Below are positions 59,498 to 64,000 of a stretch of DNA of 64,000 nucleotides, piece after piece (the first letter of the stretch is position 1; every line of letters begins with the position of its first letter). Source of the DNA: Candidatus Thorarchaeota archaeon (GTDB taxonomy: Archaea; Asgardarchaeota; Thorarchaeia; Thorarchaeales; Thorarchaeaceae). Below the pieces are notes generated by a model. It had not been told where the DNA came from. It ran no database searches and was given only the letters and a program-made list of their open reading frames with translations. The stretch spans positions 862,324-926,323 of the forward strand of contig CP070761.1 in the NCBI GenBank assembly GCA_020348985.1, written 5' to 3'. The position numbers and the translations under genes are program-made.

Positions 59498-59628
59498 TTA
59501 CTTAACCGGCACATAAATCCCACTGGTTTGGACGGCTGTGACGCACCATTATCAAGTCTTGACGAATGTAACGGAAAGCCATAATACTGAAGGGAATCGA
59601 AAGAAACCACTAAGGAGCCAAACAGCAG

Positions 59629-60156
59629 ATGACAAACTATCTACATGACCTACCTGCCGGCCCTAGTCCGCCGAGCGAGATATTTGTAGTTGTGGAGATG
59701 ACAAAAGCAAGCAAGAACAAATACGAATACGACTGGAAGCTCAACGTCTTCACTCTGAATAGGGTGTTGTATACCTTCGCGCCATTTGATTACGGTTTCG
59801 TACCTCAGACTCTCGATGATGACGGAGATCCTCTCGACGTTGTGCTACTAATCAATGAACCAACATTCACTTCATGCATCGTCCACGCGAGGCCTATAGG
59901 GATAATGGAAATGGACGATGCAGGTAAGATTGATGACAAGATTATTGCAGTCTCTGTGAACGAACCCTTCTACCGAGATGTAAAGACCATCATTGATCTT
60001 CCAAGAAGCCAGATGGACGAATTGAAACATTTCTACGCTACTTACAAGATTCAAGAAGGCGGCCATGTAGAGATTAAGCGATTCCAAGAACTGGGGGAGG
60101 CTCTGAAGACCATCAATAAGTGCATTGAAGACTACAAGAAGTCAGTGAAGAAGTAG
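59629..60156 (+). CDS. ppa: Family I inorganic pyrophosphatase
   Basis: KNKYEYD, YGFVPQTL.DDGDPLDV, DDKII, FYATYK. Confidence 0.95.
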   Translation: MTNYLHDLPAGPSPPSEIFVVVEMTKASKNKYEYDWKLNVFTLNRVLYTFAPFDYGFVPQTLDDDGDPLDVVLLINEPTFTSCIVHARPIGIMEMDDAGKIDDKIIAVSVNEPFYRDVKTIIDLPRSQMDELKHFYATYKIQEGGHVEIKRFQELGEALKTINKCIEDYKKSVKK

Positions 60157-60203
60157 TGATAACCAAAACCATCAAAACCAGGCCCGATGTGTTTTGACAT
60201 TAC

Positions 60204-60875
60204 TTGGATGGACACGGAATGGTGACAAGAATACCTTGTGCTGCGATTATCTTCGACTTTGATGGCACACTTGCCGACAGCATGCCGTTCCTTGAGAAGA
60301 TAGGCGTCAAGGTGATGATGAAGTACTATGGCGTATCAAAGAATGAAGCAACCTCAAGATATCGGGCGACAACTGGTTTGCCATATGAGCATCAGGTTAG
60401 AGACAACTTCCAAGGCAACCCTGTAAACGATGAGGCGGTCGAAGAGTTTGAGAAGCTTAAGATTGACAAGATATACGAACAAGTGCTGTTTCCTGATGCA
60501 ATTGACACGGTCAACCGGATTGTTGCGAAGAGTATTCCTGTCTTCGTGTCCTCATCGACCTTTCAGGCAACAATAACCGAGTACTTTCGAAGACGGGGCA
60601 TTCTTGAGCTCTTCGCGGGAATTTTCGGCTACAGACCAGGTTTCGAGAAAGGAGCAGACCACTTCAGATACGCTCAGAGCAACCATGGGGTTGACCTTAG
60701 CCGCACAGTGTTTGTTGGTGATTCGCTAAAAGACTATCAAAGGACTCTTGGATACTGCCAGTTCATAGCATTGGAGGGAATGTTCTCTGAAAAAGAGTTT
60801 CGTGAAGCAGGCCACGATGGGATCGTTGTATCTGCCTTGGGAGAAATCCCCGACCTTGTCGTTGCAGTGGAGTGA
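60204..60875 (+). CDS. HAD family hydrolase
   Basis: FDFDGTL, VSSS, K, VGDS..D. Confidence 0.9.
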   Translation: MDGHGMVTRIPCAAIIFDFDGTLADSMPFLEKIGVKVMMKYYGVSKNEATSRYRATTGLPYEHQVRDNFQGNPVNDEAVEEFEKLKIDKIYEQVLFPDAIDTVNRIVAKSIPVFVSSSTFQATITEYFRRRGILELFAGIFGYRPGFEKGADHFRYAQSNHGVDLSRTVFVGDSLKDYQRTLGYCQFIALEGMFSEKEFREAGHDGIVVSALGEIPDLVVAVE

Positions 60876-60889
60876 GCCCCATTCCTCAG

Positions 60890-61861
60890 TTATGAATGAG
60901 CTCTAACTTCCTTGGCCGATCCTTGACCTTTTACCTTGCTCATCCTCTGCAAGACCTCTCTAATGTGTTCATGGTATTCTTCCGGGACAACAACCAGCTT
61001 TTCAGGTGGCAGGTTCTCAAGTATGTCCAGAATGCCTTCTAGAGTGTTCTTCTTCATTTGAATGCACACGGCACGTTCATAGGCGGGGATGATTGTCTTC
61101 TCCGGGTGAGCGGCCTGAAGTTGTTCAACGAGACCGAGCTCGGTTGCAATGATGAAAGTATCATGGGGAGAGTTAGCGACAGTCTGAGCCATCATTCCTG
61201 TTGAACCTACCATGTCCGCTGCATCCAGGACATCAGGATCACACTCTGGATGAGCAATGGTGATCGCATTTGGATACTCCTCTTTCAGGAGTACAAGCTG
61301 CGCTACATCAAACTGGCGATGAACGTAGCAATGGCCTCTTGTATCGATGTCTATCACTTCTACATCGGTCTTATTGCGAACATAGTCTGCAAGATTGGCA
61401 TCGGGGCCAAAGAGAACCGTGCTTGCACCAGTTGCTTCAACCACTTCCACAGCGCTTCCCGATGTGCAGATGTAATCGGCCTCAGTCTTTGCTTCAGCAG
61501 TTGTGTTGACGTAAAGAACCACTGGGGCGCCCGGGTACTTCTCTTTCATAGATCTGATCTTTTCTGCTGAAACGTATGCAGCCAACGGGCAAAGGGCTTT
61601 TGGTGCAGGGATATACACAGGTATGTCTTCAGCGAGGATAGATGCCATTTCAGCCATGAATTTGACTCCAGCAAAGATGATCATATCATAGCCAGTTCCT
61701 TCCCCGCTCTTCCTAGCCAGCTGAAGTGAGTCGCCCACAAAATCCGCGATTTCTTGAATGTCAATAGTCTGATAATTGTGTGCAAGAATCAATGCATTGC
61801 GCTCTCTCTTCAACTCGAGAACACGCTTCTGAACGTCACTCAGCTCTCGGCTCACTTCCAA
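60890..61861 (-). CDS. nadA: Quinolinate synthase
   Basis: LAHNYQ, GDSL, GVKFMAE, CPLA, YVNT, CTS, CYVH, HPEC, GST, C..MK. Confidence 0.96.
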   Translation of the reverse strand: MEVSRELSDVQKRVLELKRERNALILAHNYQTIDIQEIADFVGDSLQLARKSGEGTGYDMIIFAGVKFMAEMASILAEDIPVYIPAPKALCPLAAYVSAEKIRSMKEKYPGAPVVLYVNTTAEAKTEADYICTSGSAVEVVEATGASTVLFGPDANLADYVRNKTDVEVIDIDTRGHCYVHRQFDVAQLVLLKEEYPNAITIAHPECDPDVLDAADMVGSTGMMAQTVANSPHDTFIIATELGLVEQLQAAHPEKTIIPAYERAVCIQMKKNTLEGILDILENLPPEKLVVVPEEYHEHIREVLQRMSKVKGQGSAKEVRAHS

Positions 61862-62174
61862 ACACCACTCTTTGGAGAGTCAGTATAGGTTTTAACCAAA
61901 TCTCAATCGGCAAAGCCTGACCAATAGGATGACATTCTTCAACATTTGTCTTTTCATCGAACGCACCGCACAGTATTCTTGACGCAAGTCAGTTTGATTT
62001 ATGAGGGGAGACTGTTTCATCGTAGAGCCTGCCAGAAACGAGACTGTTACCCTTGACATCATCGAGACCTGATCAAAAAAGATTGACCGCGGACGGATTC
62101 ATCAAGAAGAGAACATCTTTGAGTAATGGTAAACACAGCCCTTACAAGGTCACTAGCAAAAAGAAGTGATAGGA

Positions 62175-64000
62175 ATGCCCATTGACAAGAAGAAGATACC
62201 TCAGTCAAAGATCAAAATAATAGGCGACTTCATTTCTTGGGCAGCAGAATGTGCAGAGTCTGTGGCAAATGGGAATAGACCTGAAATAGGCAAGGGGCTT
62301 TTCGGCGAGAGTGGAGAGCTCATTGTCTACGAGATTCTAAGACATTTCGAAGTTGATGCTTCCTCACTTTCATATGCGCTGGAAGTAGATGAGAGACTCG
62401 CTGAGGTCTTCAGAGACATCCTTGCCAGGATTTCGACCGAGGACTATCTCGACTGTGCTACACTTTGCATGTATGGATTCATAATTGGAAACTACACTGA
62501 TGAGGATTTTCGCTACGTCTACAGGTATTCGCTAGGACGTCTGAAAGACAGGAAGCTCGTGGAAGACTGGCTAAGAAAAGCCCTCGTATTCCTTGCCGCA
62601 TGCAAATATGAGTCTGAGAGAGAGATTCTTGCAGAAGTTCGCGAATTGATCAGGTATCTCGGTGCCCCATTGCCAAACCCCCGAACGTATTTGGAAACCT
62701 GCAATGAACTTGGAATTGACATCGAGCAAATGCTAGTCCAAGAAGACTATCGTCTTGTTGACACAATCAGACGTCATACGAAATACCTAGAAGAAGCTAC
62801 TGGCAGCAAAACCTACCTTGAAATCTGGACCCAGTCTTCTGAGTGGCTGCCTGACGCTCTCTCATCAAGAATCCTTAGAATGTACAGAGAGCGGGCATAC
62901 CGCGAGGTCCAGTCAGAGATTCCAGAAACGACACCTGCGAAGCAAGCATTCGACCTCGTGAAGAAACACTTCAAGGAGATAGGTTTCCAGAGCGATAAGG
63001 ACGCAGTTCTACCTATCAGATTGCAGGAGCTTCCAACCTCCCCGCCCCCGGAAGCTATTGATCCATCCGTCTTCGAAATGATACCGCAGAAGCTGAGGAT
63101 TAATCTCCTACCTTCTATGGCGTACTATACGGCCACAAAGAGAATTGAAATCATCTTCCTGGGAGGCCCTCGTATTGGTAGGAGCAGTGTACTAATCAAA
63201 ACCGACACGGGAGGAATCTTACTTGATTATGGACTGTCGGTTGCAAACCAAAAGATTCCAGAGTGGGCCCCAGAACTGGAGATGATTGATACCGTCATTG
63301 TATCACACGCCCATCTGGATCATGTTGGTGGTCTGCCGGTACTTTACGACACATACTCGGGGAAATGGTGCTCAACTGGGATGACTGGTGCCATTACCAA
63401 GGTCCTCCTAGATGACGCAATCAGTATAGGTACTCCGGCGCCACCAAGAAGTAGAGACCGGACGGACCTCATCTCACGACTCAATCAATCTAATGTGGAC
63501 AAAGTGACGAAAAACCACGTGAAGCTTGAAATAGGGAAGAGCAGTGAGGTGGGACCGGGGATTGTTGTAACGCCGATTGACGCATGCCACATACCTGGAA
63601 GTACCTCATTGCTCATTGACATAGAGGGCAAGAAGATTCTCTACACTGGGGATTTCAACATAGACAGTTCTGTGCTGTTCCAAGGGGCAAGTCTGCCAAC
63701 TGATATTGATGTCGTCATGTTTGATGGAACCTACTGGGCACGTGAAGACTTCGACCGTGCCCAAGTGACAAGAACGATTCAAGACGTCATAGAAAACCAC
63801 GGGCCAGTGGTCATTCCAAGCTTTGCTGTTGGCCGGTCACAGGAAATCTTGATGATTCTTGAGGGCCTTGGTATAACAAGGACGCGCAACGTGATGGTTG
63901 CAGGTATGGCCGAACGTGTAACGAAGCTTGCCGGCATCAACGGCAGATGGTCAGGAATGAAGAAGAACAAGGTTGTCCTTGAGAAGGATGATGTTCTGGT
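62175..64000 (+). CDS. Beta-CASP/MBL ribonuclease (CPSF-like) with ~320-aa N-terminal extension; 3' truncated by window edge
   Basis: Not in the ORF track because it has no stop. Manual translation from ATG 62175 gives MPIDKKK...FLGGPRIGRSS..LLDYG..SHAHLDH..CHIPG..YTGDF..DGTY..IPSFAVGRSQE. Confidence 0.88.
   Translation, partial: MPIDKKKIPQSKIKIIGDFISWAAECAESVANGNRPEIGKGLFGESGELIVYEILRHFEVDASSLSYALEVDERLAEVFRDILARISTEDYLDCATLCMYGFIIGNYTDEDFRYVYRYSLGRLKDRKLVEDWLRKALVFLAACKYESEREILAEVRELIRYLGAPLPNPRTYLETCNELGIDIEQMLVQEDYRLVDTIRRHTKYLEEATGSKTYLEIWTQSSEWLPDALSSRILRMYRERAYREVQSEIPETTPAKQAFDLVKKHFKEIGFQSDKDAVLPIRLQELPTSPPPEAIDPSVFEMIPQKLRINLLPSMAYYTATKRIEIIFLGGPRIGRSSVLIKTDTGGILLDYGLSVANQKIPEWAPELEMIDTVIVSHAHLDHVGGLPVLYDTYSGKWCSTGMTGAITKVLLDDAISIGTPAPPRSRDRTDLISRLNQSNVDKVTKNHVKLEIGKSSEVGPGIVVTPIDACHIPGSTSLLIDIEGKKILYTGDFNIDSSVLFQGASLPTDIDVVMFDGTYWAREDFDRAQVTRTIQDVIENHGPVVIPSFAVGRSQEILMILEGLGITRTRNVMVAGMAERVTKLAGINGRWSGMKKNKVVLEKDDVL

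Noticed and set aside
1-64000. Numerous antisense/nested ORFs in the track; search for CRISPR, tRNA, rRNA, IS elements
   Set aside because: The nested ORFs are shadows of well-supported genes. No repeat-spacer arrays, RNA gene signatures or transposase motifs were seen by eye.

Overview
Densely coded archaeal chromosome segment, roughly 48% GC by eye. Gene content and style point to an anaerobic Asgard archaeon, most likely Thorarchaeia (an inference, not a database result). I found no tRNA, rRNA, CRISPR array or transposase. The left half holds housekeeping and scavenging genes: purL 3' end, class I HDAC/AcuC, a TGT-fold paralog, a YyaL/SPATA20 homolog, a circularly permuted peptide-binding protein, a C39 peptidase, DUF3160 with a divergent membrane-anchored wHTH regulator, and a TIGR04084-type radical SAM enzyme. 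An AT-richer 4.5-kb gene encodes a repeat-built surface protein whose cytoplasmic tail resembles a coatomer/adaptin appendage (Ig sandwich + platform). A candidate ~100-nt structured ncRNA sits at 25.25-25.35 kb. The right half is a Wood-Ljungdahl/redox island: cooC-cdhEDCBA-cooC, fwdB/fwdG, an HdrA-MvhD fusion, an 8-cluster FwdF polyferredoxin, fwdD and DUF3786. The top finding is that FwdB and FwdD have both lost their tungsto/molybdopterin-binding and catalytic residues while the whole Fe-S wire and the bifurcating HdrA motifs are intact. This suggests a pterin-less, Fhc-like or purely electron-conducting complex next to CODH/ACS. The window ends inside a beta-CASP nuclease with a long unexplained N-terminal domain, which the ORF track misses.
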